From contig OY968764.1 of the NCBI GenBank assembly GCA_963695335.1, positions 832,001-896,000 on the forward strand: a DNA stretch of 64,000 nt. Direction: 5' to 3'. The DNA comes from an uncultured bacterium. Lineage in GTDB: Bacteria; Babelota; Babeliae; Babelales; Vermiphilaceae. Shown here piece by piece: positions 38,752 to 48,258 of this stretch; position 1 is the first letter of the stretch, and every line of letters begins with the position of its first letter. A program made the position numbers and the translations under genes. The notes under the pieces were generated by a model, which saw only the letters and a list, made by a program, of their open reading frames with translations, was not told the origin of the DNA and ran no database searches.

Positions 38752-40575
38752 TCAAAATGTTGCGCCAGTTTTAAGCCATATACCCCATTGCGATGCACAT
38801 GCTTGTGGAACATGATTATTACATGTCTTGTCACAATCGCGTTTGGTTTTAGCAGCCCATTCCGCTTCACCACCAATACCAAGATACGGTTGCCATTCTG
38901 TTTTATCATTCCAAGTGTATGAAAGGTGGGCAAATATTTTGTTTGATGATCCGCCCGTTTCTGCGCCTTCAAGATTAAGATCATTACGTGTAATAAATAC
39001 GGGTGGAATTGATGTGTTAATGATATTGGTAGGAGCATCAGGTATGTTTGGTGCGTATAATAGATTTTGTGGCGTTGCTGGAGCAGTAGGATTTGTTTGA
39101 GCTGGTTGCGGGAAATCAATATTTGGGTTCTTCGACGCCGCAATGATTACGGCAGGGTCTGTTGTGCCGGTTGCAGGTAAGTTGGTTCCTGCATGAATGG
39201 TTGCTTTATCTTCTGTTGCAGAAAGGGCTACGGAGGTTGTTGAATTTGGCAAAAAACCAAATATATGTGCATCACCTTTTAATACAAATCTGTTTTCATC
39301 AAAGGATTCAAATGTTCGCAAAGATATATTATCAGATGATCTGCCCCAATAGTTATAACCAAGATCAAAACTCCAACTGTTTCTTACTGCATTAAACATA
39401 ACAACAATATCAGCTTGTATTGCAATGCTGACATTTACATCAAGGGTGGTAAAGTTGGCAACGGGAAGATAATCATTATCAAATTGTGCTGATGGAATGA
39501 GCTGTGGTGTATTAGTTGGGCCTTGTAGGTTTGTTGCTGGTGATGTCATTTCCATAGCAAGCATATATCTGCTGAGAGTTCCTGCTCTCGTTAAATCAAA
39601 TGTGCGCACCTGTTTGGTTTTAAAAAGATGCGTAAGATTTATATCAATATAGAATTGAGCGTGTGCAGTTTCTTCTTCATTATACCAAAAATTGTAGTGA
39701 CCGTTTAATCCAAAACCAAGTTCCCAAAAATGCCCGTTGCCTACCATTGGTTCAAACAAAAAGTCTGCATGAGGACGCAATCCAATTGGAGCCGCAATTT
39801 GTCCGTTAAACCCAACATGCCAATCTGGCTCTGCAAAAAAGTTCCATCCAAATCCTGTGCGCAGCTCAGCAAGACGAGATTTAATCAAGCGATCAGTACT
39901 CATTTTTGCATAACGCAACTCTTCAAATGCAATGTTATCTGTATTTGGTACAGTACGGCCCATTACAAAATCAGTAAAATTATCAAGTAATAAGTTACGT
40001 GGTAATGTATCAGGTGTGTAATAGCCGGGAGCTGCATTGTTGACACCTTCATTAATCGTAGATTCATTGATATTTATATCCCAGCGTGTGTGAGAAAAGG
40101 GTGCATGTAACCAAAAATAAACACCTTTTGCCCATGCATCAAGACCAAGATAAAAACCAAAATCAATTATGACGTTATCAATGGTTGGATTAAATTGTAC
40201 GGTACTTTCAAAATCTGAAGGGAGATAAAAATAATCGGCGAGTAAATCTTGTGGTCCACGGTTATTTACTTGTGAACCAGAAATTTTTAAATGTTGAGCA
40301 CATCCGTGACCAATTAAATTATCACCAAATAGAGTACGTGTGATATTGTTGCTGCTATGAAACGTCTGACTATATTCTGGTGTTACACTTAAAGCTCCGT
40401 AGACTATATCCGGTGAACTATCTTTATTGATGTAATTTGTCCAACCAGCAAGATCACGTGCTGCGTTACGAGAAATTGATCGTCCATTAAAAAAGGTTGC
40501 TACTTGTTGTTCTAGAGCATACGCAAAAGATGTGAATGCAATAGGTGCGAGAAGGGCGATATATTTTATTTTCAT
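38752..40575 (-). CDS. Putative outer-membrane beta-barrel protein, paralog 3
   Basis: Signal peptide, LLADYFYLPSDF, PIGLRPHADFLFEPMVGNGHFWELG, WGIWLKTGATF. Confidence 0.7.
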   Translation of the reverse strand: MKIKYIALLAPIAFTSFAYALEQQVATFFNGRSISRNAARDLAGWTNYINKDSSPDIVYGALSVTPEYSQTFHSSNNITRTLFGDNLIGHGCAQHLKISGSQVNNRGPQDLLADYFYLPSDFESTVQFNPTIDNVIIDFGFYLGLDAWAKGVYFWLHAPFSHTRWDININESTINEGVNNAAPGYYTPDTLPRNLLLDNFTDFVMGRTVPNTDNIAFEELRYAKMSTDRLIKSRLAELRTGFGWNFFAEPDWHVGFNGQIAAPIGLRPHADFLFEPMVGNGHFWELGFGLNGHYNFWYNEEETAHAQFYIDINLTHLFKTKQVRTFDLTRAGTLSRYMLAMEMTSPATNLQGPTNTPQLIPSAQFDNDYLPVANFTTLDVNVSIAIQADIVVMFNAVRNSWSFDLGYNYWGRSSDNISLRTFESFDENRFVLKGDAHIFGFLPNSTTSVALSATEDKATIHAGTNLPATGTTDPAVIIAASKNPNIDFPQPAQTNPTAPATPQNLLYAPNIPDAPTNIINTSIPPVFITRNDLNLEGAETGGSSNKIFAHLSYTWNDKTEWQPYLGIGGEAEWAAKTKRDCDKTCNNHVPQACASQWGIWLKTGATF

Positions 40576-40618
40576 GACGATCCTTTTTTATAACATCTTT
40601 TACTAAGTAGTATTTTCC

Positions 40619-40660
40619 AGCGCTCGTCCTGAGCCTGTCGAAGAATTTCTTCGAGCGCTC
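40619..40660. repeat. Family A repeat
   Basis: AGCGCTCGTCCTGAGCCTGTCGAAGAATTTCTTCGAGCGCTC. Confidence 0.85.
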
Positions 40661-40714
40661 AATAAATATAGTACTAGCATTAGCAGAGTTGAATAAAAAA
40701 AGGCAATGATACGC

Positions 40715-40750
40715 AAAAAAAGGCCTCTCATAGAAGAGAGACCTTTTTTT
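40715..40750 (-). terminator. Intrinsic terminator
   Basis: AAAAAAAGGCCTCTC/GAGAGACCTTTTTTT hairpin downstream of the ankyrin gene. Confidence 0.65.
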
Positions 40751-40768
40751 TGCTCAAACATTATAAAT

Positions 40769-41344
40769 TTAAGCAGCTTTTGCAGGACTTGTATGTTTAT
40801 ACAATAGATCTAAGATTTGAGGTTTGTTTCGAGCGTAATCAAAGCTTGTTTTGCCATTTGGATCTTTTAGATATGGATTAGCGCCGTGTTCAAGAAGTAA
40901 TTTAACCATTGACACATGGGAAAATTCACAGGCTACCATGAGAGAACTTACAGGAGTTAAATTGGGATTGGCATTATATTTTTCAAGTAATGTTTTTGCT
41001 GCTAATAAATAATCTTTTTCAGCCGCTATATCAAGCAATGTACTTTGAGTTATATCAGGAGCTGTATATTCAGTAACACTAATAACACCTTTCATTGAAT
41101 CAAGAATATGAAAAATAGCGGGCCAATCGATATTGTTTTTAAACACATACTCAAGCCCTTGTTGATCAACTATGAGAGCATCGAGCATTGCATACACTGG
41201 TTTACGTGCTAATTCTTTTTGACGAGCTAGTTTTCTACGTTGTACTTCCTCTACTGATAGTTGTATGTTTTTCATTGATTTTGCATTGATGCTAGCTATC
41301 ATCCCTAACGCTATCACACCTGATAATAAATGTACTTTTTTCAT
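40769..41344 (-). CDS. Secreted ankyrin-repeat protein
   Basis: TLLDIAA, SSLMVACEFSHVSMVKLLLEHGANPYLKDPNGKT; signal peptide. Confidence 0.85.
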   Translation of the reverse strand: MKKVHLLSGVIALGMIASINAKSMKNIQLSVEEVQRRKLARQKELARKPVYAMLDALIVDQQGLEYVFKNNIDWPAIFHILDSMKGVISVTEYTAPDITQSTLLDIAAEKDYLLAAKTLLEKYNANPNLTPVSSLMVACEFSHVSMVKLLLEHGANPYLKDPNGKTSFDYARNKPQILDLLYKHTSPAKAA

Positions 41345-41432
41345 GAGACTTCCCCTTTTTTGAAAATTAACGATATTTTATTTCAATTATAATAGTAACA
41401 GGTGGGGGGGGGTAGAAATCAAGGCTTATTTG

Positions 41433-42745
41433 CAGGGCGATCGCATTTAAAACCCTGGATTTATAAGGGTATCCAAAATAAAATTAGGGTCACTATTTCC
41501 TCTTCGTAATTTATTTCCCAAGCTGAAATCTGAGGTTTTTCTGGTTAAAAGTGAATTAACGAAGGCACTGAGAAAATTAAAATTTTGAGCCCCATGGCCT
41601 TTTCTTAAGCTTCTTTGATCATCGTTAAAATTGACATCAAGACTTCTGTGAAGATGGTTTTCGATGCTCCAATGGGCACGAATATAACCCAAGATACGTT
41701 CGGGATCTGCTGGTAGGCTGCTGATAAAAAGACGTATATTATTTGCATTTCTTCTTTTACCTTCAACCTTTGATTCTATAAGAGTTATTGATTTTAGATT
41801 GGTCCATTCTTTCTTTTGATAGATCCAATCAATATATTCGGTTGAATAGCACCTTCGGATTTCTTTTCTACCATGCTTATAATCGATAGTTTCATGATAT
41901 TTATATGCAATTTCTTCATGTTCACCTTGTGCGAGTGTACGTAAAAAAAGGTCAATATCTTCGTAAAGTAAACGATTATTCAGTTTAACTGGCAAGATAT
42001 AATCACCGCCTCGTGCGATAATTTTTTTTACAAATGCTTTTCTTGTACCCATCGCATCAATAGTGATTACTTTTCCCTTTAAATTTAGCGTATCTAATAC
42101 GCGATTCATACCGGTTAATTCATTATTGCCATCTGGAACACGTGCTTGCTCAAGAACTATTTTTGATGAAGGACTGAATGCATTTATTAACGTAAACGGA
42201 TTGTTTGAAGACCAAGCTTCTATGACTTTGCCATCAATTGCGATATGGTCGCTATTATCATGCAGTGCAACTTCGAGCCAAAGCACTAACCAATCTTTTA
42301 ATTCTTTTGGATTTAAAAGTAAAAAGACACGATGGAAGGTATCATGTGATGGAATACCATTTGGAAGCCATATTTTATCATGTAACCATTCTTCATGATC
42401 ATGTGCAAATCTCACCACATGTACCCAGTTTTGTGCACCGGAAAATATAGCTAAAATTGCAATCAAAAGTATTACGACAAGTTCATGTTTTTTACATCGA
42501 TCAATTCTTGGATCAGTGACTTCTTCTAAGCATGCTATAAGATTTGCCAAATGGTCGTAGTTATGCCATATTTCATGCAGTATGATGCTCATTAAAAATC
42601 TCCTTTTTCAAGTGGGACGTTTTTTTTGAGCATCATACTTTTTTTATTTTGTTCCGTCTTTATCCTCCAGCCTCCAATACAAATAGTGTATCAAGTGAAT
42701 TTCGAAATTTCCGTTAAAATCAGAGTTTTAAATGCGATCGCCCTG
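41433..42745 (-). mobile_element. ISAs1-family insertion sequence (1313 bp)
   Basis: Perfect 21-bp terminal IRs CAGGGCGATCGCATTTAAAAC; 9-bp target duplication GCTTATTTG (41424-41432, 42746-42754). Confidence 0.95.
41447..42592 (-). CDS. ISAs1-family transposase
   Basis: DPR, GIPSHDTFHRVF, IAIDGK, ITIDAMG, HGRKEIRR, RAHWSIENHLH. Confidence 0.95.
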   Translation of the reverse strand: MSIILHEIWHNYDHLANLIACLEEVTDPRIDRCKKHELVVILLIAILAIFSGAQNWVHVVRFAHDHEEWLHDKIWLPNGIPSHDTFHRVFLLLNPKELKDWLVLWLEVALHDNSDHIAIDGKVIEAWSSNNPFTLINAFSPSSKIVLEQARVPDGNNELTGMNRVLDTLNLKGKVITIDAMGTRKAFVKKIIARGGDYILPVKLNNRLLYEDIDLFLRTLAQGEHEEIAYKYHETIDYKHGRKEIRRCYSTEYIDWIYQKKEWTNLKSITLIESKVEGKRRNANNIRLFISSLPADPERILGYIRAHWSIENHLHRSLDVNFNDDQRSLRKGHGAQNFNFLSAFVNSLLTRKTSDFSLGNKLRRGNSDPNFILDTLINPGF

Positions 42746-42869
42746 GCTTATTTGGAAAAAAATTATGAAAAATTGCACATTCTTGCTACTAGTGCTTATA
42801 TTATTGCATAATTGAATATGTACAAAAGGGTGGCTTTGTTCAAAAATAGGTAAATAAAGGGAGGGAGAG

Positions 42870-43682
42870 ATGAAAAAATATATAATTATAGCTTTTTTGT
42901 GTACGCATTTTTGTTTTACAGGTGATATAAATAAATCAACAACGTATCTAGGTTTATGTACAGAATTTTGGGATTTTGATAAACCAGTTCCATCTGTTCA
43001 AGAATATAAATTTTTTCGAAAATATGTAGCAAACTCTTCTGGACCAATTTTAGAGCCAATGTGTGGTTCTGGTCGTTATATTATTCCGCTTTTAGAAGAA
43101 GGATTTAATGTAGAGGGTTTTGATGCTTCACCATTTATGTTTGAAGCAATGCGTAAAAAATGTGCAGCAAAAAATTTATCCCCACATATTTGGGAAAAGT
43201 ATTTAGAGCAATTTCCAGAAACAAAACAATATAATCTTATTTTTATTCCTGATACATCGTTTTGTCATTTTTTAACGCGAGCAGATATAAAAAACGCTTT
43301 ACAGAAAATTTATTCTTTACTGTTACCTAAAGGTATTTTTGTTTTTGACCTTCAAACTATTTATGAACAGTTAGAACATATTGGTGTTTGGACAGGAAAA
43401 GTGTTTAGAAAGAATGATACTACAACGATTGTTGAAAATAGGCTTATTTTGCCAAGAGAAAATTCGGTGGTACCTGTAATGTTGAGGTATGAATTAGTTG
43501 AAAATGGTTTACTTGCCAGAACAGAAATGGAATATTATCGGATTAAATTGTTTCATCCAACAGAAATAGATGATTTATTAAAAGAAGTTGGTTTTTCAAA
43601 AATCAAAAAAATAAAAGCACATCAGCATGGACACGCGCCATCTTCTCATGATGATATGATTGTGTATGAATGTACAAAATAG
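42870..43682 (+). CDS. Class I SAM-dependent methyltransferase with signal-like leader
   Basis: ILEPMCGSGR, VEGFDAS, LLPKGIFVFD. Confidence 0.85.
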   Translation: MKKYIIIAFLCTHFCFTGDINKSTTYLGLCTEFWDFDKPVPSVQEYKFFRKYVANSSGPILEPMCGSGRYIIPLLEEGFNVEGFDASPFMFEAMRKKCAAKNLSPHIWEKYLEQFPETKQYNLIFIPDTSFCHFLTRADIKNALQKIYSLLLPKGIFVFDLQTIYEQLEHIGVWTGKVFRKNDTTTIVENRLILPRENSVVPVMLRYELVENGLLARTEMEYYRIKLFHPTEIDDLLKEVGFSKIKKIKAHQHGHAPSSHDDMIVYECTK

Positions 43683-43692
43683 AAATAAGAAA

Positions 43693-43714
43693 AGGCTGAG
43701 CAAAAACTCAGCCT
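43693..43714. terminator. Intrinsic terminator
   Basis: AGGCTGAG/CTCAGCCT hairpin plus T tract between convergent genes. Confidence 0.7.
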
Positions 43715-43748
43715 CTTTTTTTCATTTAAATGATTAATGCGATACGCA

Positions 43749-45641
43749 TTAATCAAAAGATACTCCACCTTTAATAAACACTGCCCATTCAGAAAGTGCA
43801 CAGCTGATACCATTATTACAAGAACCATCATTATTAGAATCATTGCTGTGATTGCCAAATTCAGCATCAAAACCAATGCCAAGATATGGGATCCAATCTT
43901 CACGGTCTATCCATGTGTAACTAAAGTGACTAAATATTTTGTTAGATGATCCGCGTGTTTCTGCACCTTCTATATTTAAATCAGTGATGCTAATGAATAC
44001 TGGTTGAATAGATGTGTTAATTTGAGGACCATCGATATTAGTAGCATGAATAATAGCAGAACCAAAGCCATCGCCTGTTTGAGCAAGTTGTGCATTGTCA
44101 ACGGCAAGGTTGGTGATTGCAGGCATATCAGCTGTTGCTTTTGGAATATTGGTACCTTGATAGATTGTTGCACCAATTCCTGATGTTGATGTGCCACCCA
44201 TTTCTGTACCAGATAATGGAACATTAGTAACACCACTTCCAGGAGTGCCTATTTGAGCAAAACCAAATGTTTGCGCATCACCTTTTAATGCCCAAGTGTT
44301 TTCAGGGAATGCTGGAGAATTGTCACAATCTTTTAAAGTTATATGTTCATGAGATACTCCCCAGTAGTTGTATCCAATATCCCATGAAAAACCACGATAT
44401 GTGTAATTGAGCATGGCAACAATATCACCTTGTACTCCAACACTGACGTTAACATTACGAGTACTGAAATTTGCTACTGGAGAGTATTCTGAGTTGAACT
44501 GTGATGTTGCCTGTGTAATAGTACCATCTGCATTACCAAAAAGATTTGGTGGTGTAGGTTTGAGATTCATTTTTTCTGCAAGCATATAACGGCTGTTTGG
44601 TTTACCAATAAGATCAAATGATCTTTGTTGTGATGCATTAAACAAGTGAGTTACATCCGCTTCAAAAATAAAATCAAGATGTTGTTCATCATCTTGACTG
44701 CGCCACATTGTCCAATGTGCGCTTAATCCTATACCAAGTTCCCAATGTTTACCATTACCCACGTATGGTTCAAAAAGAAATTCAGCGTGAGGACGGTTGC
44801 CGGTAGGAGCAGCTGCTTGGACATTGAAACCAACATGATAATCTTCATGGAGATAATTCCATCCAAATTCACCACGTAAGTCAGCAAATCCAGTAAGGCT
44901 GTGTTGGCAATTGGTTATTTTTGATTTGAGTAAAGGGTCAACGGTAATTCCTGGAACAATGACGGTTGTATTTCCGCTGAAAAATGCAAGTGCTGAAGGG
45001 AGTAATGTGTTTGCAGGGACTTCATTTGCACTGAAAAATCCTGGAGCATAACCAACTGTTCCTGGTGCTATGTTTGTTTCACATGGGTTAAGACTTGTTT
45101 TGTTATTAACAACGGGGCCATAGATTCTGAAGTACATTCCTTTTACCCATTCATCAAGGCCAACATAGAGGTAAAAATCTACCAGAAAATCATGGAGCTT
45201 AGGTTCAAAACTTATGCTACTTTTGAAATCACGGGGAAGATAGAAATTTTCTGCCATCCATTCAAACGGAGATCGATTGGGAACTAACGAACCGGAAATA
45301 ATAAGAGATTCACTACAACCATTGCTGCAATCATTTGTTGCAGGACTGTTAATTAAACTTGCGCCAAAAAAACATTCTGCAATATCGTTGCCATTAAATG
45401 TTTGATCATATTGTGGTGTTATATTAAATGTGCCATAAAATGATTCCATATCATGAAGATATACATGATGGCTTGTGGTGCCTACTAATTTACGTGGTAC
45501 GTTTCTACTTTGTGAACGCCATTGTACAAATGGTACTGTGCGCAATTCTGTGTTTGGGGATGAGCCGCAATCTGCTTGTAATCCTATGGTGTATGCAGTT
45601 GCTGCGAATAATAATAATTTTTGTGAAATTCGTCTCTTCAT
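43749..45641 (-). CDS. Putative outer-membrane beta-barrel protein, paralog 4
   Basis: Start MKRRISQK; WRSQ, MAENFYLPRDF, PTGNRPHAEFLFEPYVGNGKHWELG, WAVFIKGGVSFD. Confidence 0.7.
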   Translation of the reverse strand: MKRRISQKLLLFAATAYTIGLQADCGSSPNTELRTVPFVQWRSQSRNVPRKLVGTTSHHVYLHDMESFYGTFNITPQYDQTFNGNDIAECFFGASLINSPATNDCSNGCSESLIISGSLVPNRSPFEWMAENFYLPRDFKSSISFEPKLHDFLVDFYLYVGLDEWVKGMYFRIYGPVVNNKTSLNPCETNIAPGTVGYAPGFFSANEVPANTLLPSALAFFSGNTTVIVPGITVDPLLKSKITNCQHSLTGFADLRGEFGWNYLHEDYHVGFNVQAAAPTGNRPHAEFLFEPYVGNGKHWELGIGLSAHWTMWRSQDDEQHLDFIFEADVTHLFNASQQRSFDLIGKPNSRYMLAEKMNLKPTPPNLFGNADGTITQATSQFNSEYSPVANFSTRNVNVSVGVQGDIVAMLNYTYRGFSWDIGYNYWGVSHEHITLKDCDNSPAFPENTWALKGDAQTFGFAQIGTPGSGVTNVPLSGTEMGGTSTSGIGATIYQGTNIPKATADMPAITNLAVDNAQLAQTGDGFGSAIIHATNIDGPQINTSIQPVFISITDLNIEGAETRGSSNKIFSHFSYTWIDREDWIPYLGIGFDAEFGNHSNDSNNDGSCNNGISCALSEWAVFIKGGVSFD

Positions 45642-45856
45642 ACTCTTCTTCTCCTTGAAGGTGATACATATATTTACGTGCCTTAATATAGTACGTTTGC
45701 ATGATGTTTGTAAAGAAGAAAGCATCAACACGCTCTTTCTTTAATGTGGGTTATAGCAAAAAGACCTAGCATTTAAGCTAGGCCTTTTTGAGTATTCGTT
45801 TTTTGTTTGCTTTGTTAAGGTAAATTACTTAACACAACAATAATGAGTATCCGTTA

Positions 45857-47911
45857 TTAGTGGAATGATACCCCACCTTTAACTTCAACACCCCATTGAG
45901 TGAGTGCACATTTTTTACAGCTATTGCAACCGCTACCGCTATTATTATTTGTTGTTACTGTTGTTACAGTTGTGTTGTTGCTGCAATCATCACCGCCACC
46001 ACAATGGTCGCCAAATTCAGCACTGAAACCTGCTCCTAAGTATGGAACCCATCTGTCAGAGCAATCTCTCCATGTGTAGTTGAAGTGAGTGAACACTTTG
46101 TTAGAAAGTCCGCGTTGTTTAGCACCTTCTATATCAAGATCATCGATAGATATAAATACTGGTGGATTAGAAGTTTGGATTGGTGTTGATGTTGCTCCTG
46201 TTGCATCAAATACAAATAAAGGAGTAGGTGTTGGAGGAGTTGTTGCTACATCATTATATACAGCAGGAATGTGGCTATCTACACCAAGGTTAGTTAATGG
46301 ATTACCCACTGGAGTTGCTGCGTTTGCTGCAGTAGCATTAGTACCAGTAAAGATTGTTGCTCCACTTTCTGTTGCACCAAGACCTAAAACAAATCCAGTA
46401 CCATTAGAAGGATTATAACCTACTACACTTGCATCACCTTTAAGCGCCATGTTTGTAGGGAATGGAGTGATTATAGCTGCGCTGCTGCAAGAATTGTTGT
46501 TGCTGCAGTCGTTGTTGCAATCAAGGCTGATTTTTGAACATGACATGCCCCAGAAGTTATATCCAAGATCCCATGAGAATCCGCGGTGTGTATAGTTGAA
46601 CATTGCAACTACGTCACCTTGTACACCAAAGCCAACTTTTACTTCACGAGTACTGAAGTTTGCAACTGGCATGTATACACCTGCTGTAACATTAGGGGCT
46701 GCAAAAGTGGAAGTATTAGGAATAAGTTGTGCATCTGCAGCAGGAGTTCCGAGTTGTTCAGCAAGCATATAACGGCTGAGTGGTTTACCTTTAAGATCAA
46801 AGGTCATTTTTTGTTTTGCTTTGAATAAGTGAGTTATATCAGCTTCAACGATAAAGTTGAATGATCTATCTCCGTCTTCACTTTCCCACATTTTCCAAGC
46901 TCCACCGATACCACCACCAAGTTCCCAATGTCTACCGTTACCAACATATGCTGGTAATAGGAATTCAGCATTTGGACGAGTACCTGTTGGAGCTGCTGCT
47001 TGGATGTTGATTAAGAAACGATATTTATCTGCAATATAGTTCCATCCAAATTCACCACGTAATTCAGCAAATCCTGTTTTGTGGTGTGAGTCACCATTAC
47101 AGCTGTTGCTGCAGTTGTTGTTATTGTTGTTGTTGAGGTTGCAATCAGAGAATTTTGCAAAGTTAAGTGGTTGTATAGTCACAGCTTCATTAGCATATTT
47201 TGGAAGTTGACATCCGCCAAAGAAGTTAAGTGCGCTTTGGAAAAGTGATGAGTTTGGAACAGCGGTTGCGATGTCAAAATAACCTTGTGGATATGATCCA
47301 GCTGCAGTTCCTTGACTGATTATATTTTCATCTGCACGTAAGCTTGATTTGTTCCAAACAACTGGTCCGTATAGTCTGAAGTAAAGACCATTAACCCATC
47401 TATCAAGCCCAACGAACAAGTTGAAATCAACGATAACGCTTTGAACTTTTGGGCTGAAGGAAATAGCACTTTTGAAATCACGTGGAAGGAGGAAGTTTTC
47501 TGCCATTAATTCAGTTGCAGCTCTTCCTGTTCCAAGACCGTTTGCACCAAGACCAGAGATGATGATAGCACTGCTATTGCAGCTATTGCTGCAATTGTTG
47601 TTTGTTGTTACCGGTGAGTTTACTAAGGTATCACCAAAAAGGCATTGTGCTATTTGGTGGCCTCTGAATGTTTGATCGTATTCTATATCGATGTTGAATG
47701 TGCCGTAACGTTCATCCATGTCGCCTTGGTAAACTGCATAGCTCGTTGTACCTTCGAGTTTACGAGCCATGTTTCTACCTTGTGAACGCCATTGAATGAA
47801 TGGAATAACGCAATTGCTACCGTTATTATTGTTGCTACAGCAGTCAGCGAGTGCGACTGTTGCCGTGCTACCAAGCACGAGTAATGAAAACAATTTTGAA
47901 TATTGTTTCAT
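45857..47911 (-). CDS. Putative outer-membrane beta-barrel protein, paralog 5 (Cys/Asn-rich loops)
   Basis: AAAAGGAG RBS, WRSQ, MAENFLLPRDF, VGNGRHWELG, WGVEVKGGVSFH. Confidence 0.7.
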   Translation of the reverse strand: MKQYSKLFSLLVLGSTATVALADCCSNNNNGSNCVIPFIQWRSQGRNMARKLEGTTSYAVYQGDMDERYGTFNIDIEYDQTFRGHQIAQCLFGDTLVNSPVTTNNNCSNSCNSSAIIISGLGANGLGTGRAATELMAENFLLPRDFKSAISFSPKVQSVIVDFNLFVGLDRWVNGLYFRLYGPVVWNKSSLRADENIISQGTAAGSYPQGYFDIATAVPNSSLFQSALNFFGGCQLPKYANEAVTIQPLNFAKFSDCNLNNNNNNNCSNSCNGDSHHKTGFAELRGEFGWNYIADKYRFLINIQAAAPTGTRPNAEFLLPAYVGNGRHWELGGGIGGAWKMWESEDGDRSFNFIVEADITHLFKAKQKMTFDLKGKPLSRYMLAEQLGTPAADAQLIPNTSTFAAPNVTAGVYMPVANFSTREVKVGFGVQGDVVAMFNYTHRGFSWDLGYNFWGMSCSKISLDCNNDCSNNNSCSSAAIITPFPTNMALKGDASVVGYNPSNGTGFVLGLGATESGATIFTGTNATAANAATPVGNPLTNLGVDSHIPAVYNDVATTPPTPTPLFVFDATGATSTPIQTSNPPVFISIDDLDIEGAKQRGLSNKVFTHFNYTWRDCSDRWVPYLGAGFSAEFGDHCGGGDDCSNNTTVTTVTTNNNSGSGCNSCKKCALTQWGVEVKGGVSFH

Positions 47912-48258
47912 AATTAAACTCCTTTTACTCATTACTTAATCGAGATATTTTTAGGACATCTTGAGCGAATATTATTTTTCTGTGTGTGATCTCTCCTTTC
48001 TTTGAATTACATTATTTATTTTTTTATTCAATCATATTTTTGTATCACTGTACAATATAGTATTGTGAGATCTAAGTTGTAAAGAAAAATTATAAGAAAT
48101 TATGCTGTGGAACGACTTTTACAGTTTTAAAAATGGCTAAAACCCTTTGTTTACTAGGTTATTTTTATAAAATTTTTTATATTTCACCATGGGGTGGATC
48201 TTTCATGAAGGTAGTAAAAGTACATTTTTTTTATAAAATTTTTTAAAGGAGTTTTACA

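Noticed and set aside
41404..41412. Poly-G tract as a phase-variation switch
   Set aside because: Single intergenic homopolymer beside the IS; no supporting evidence without reads
28479..47911. Diversity-generating retroelement or invertible locus behind the paralog array
   Set aside because: No reverse transcriptase, template/variable repeat pair or invertase seen
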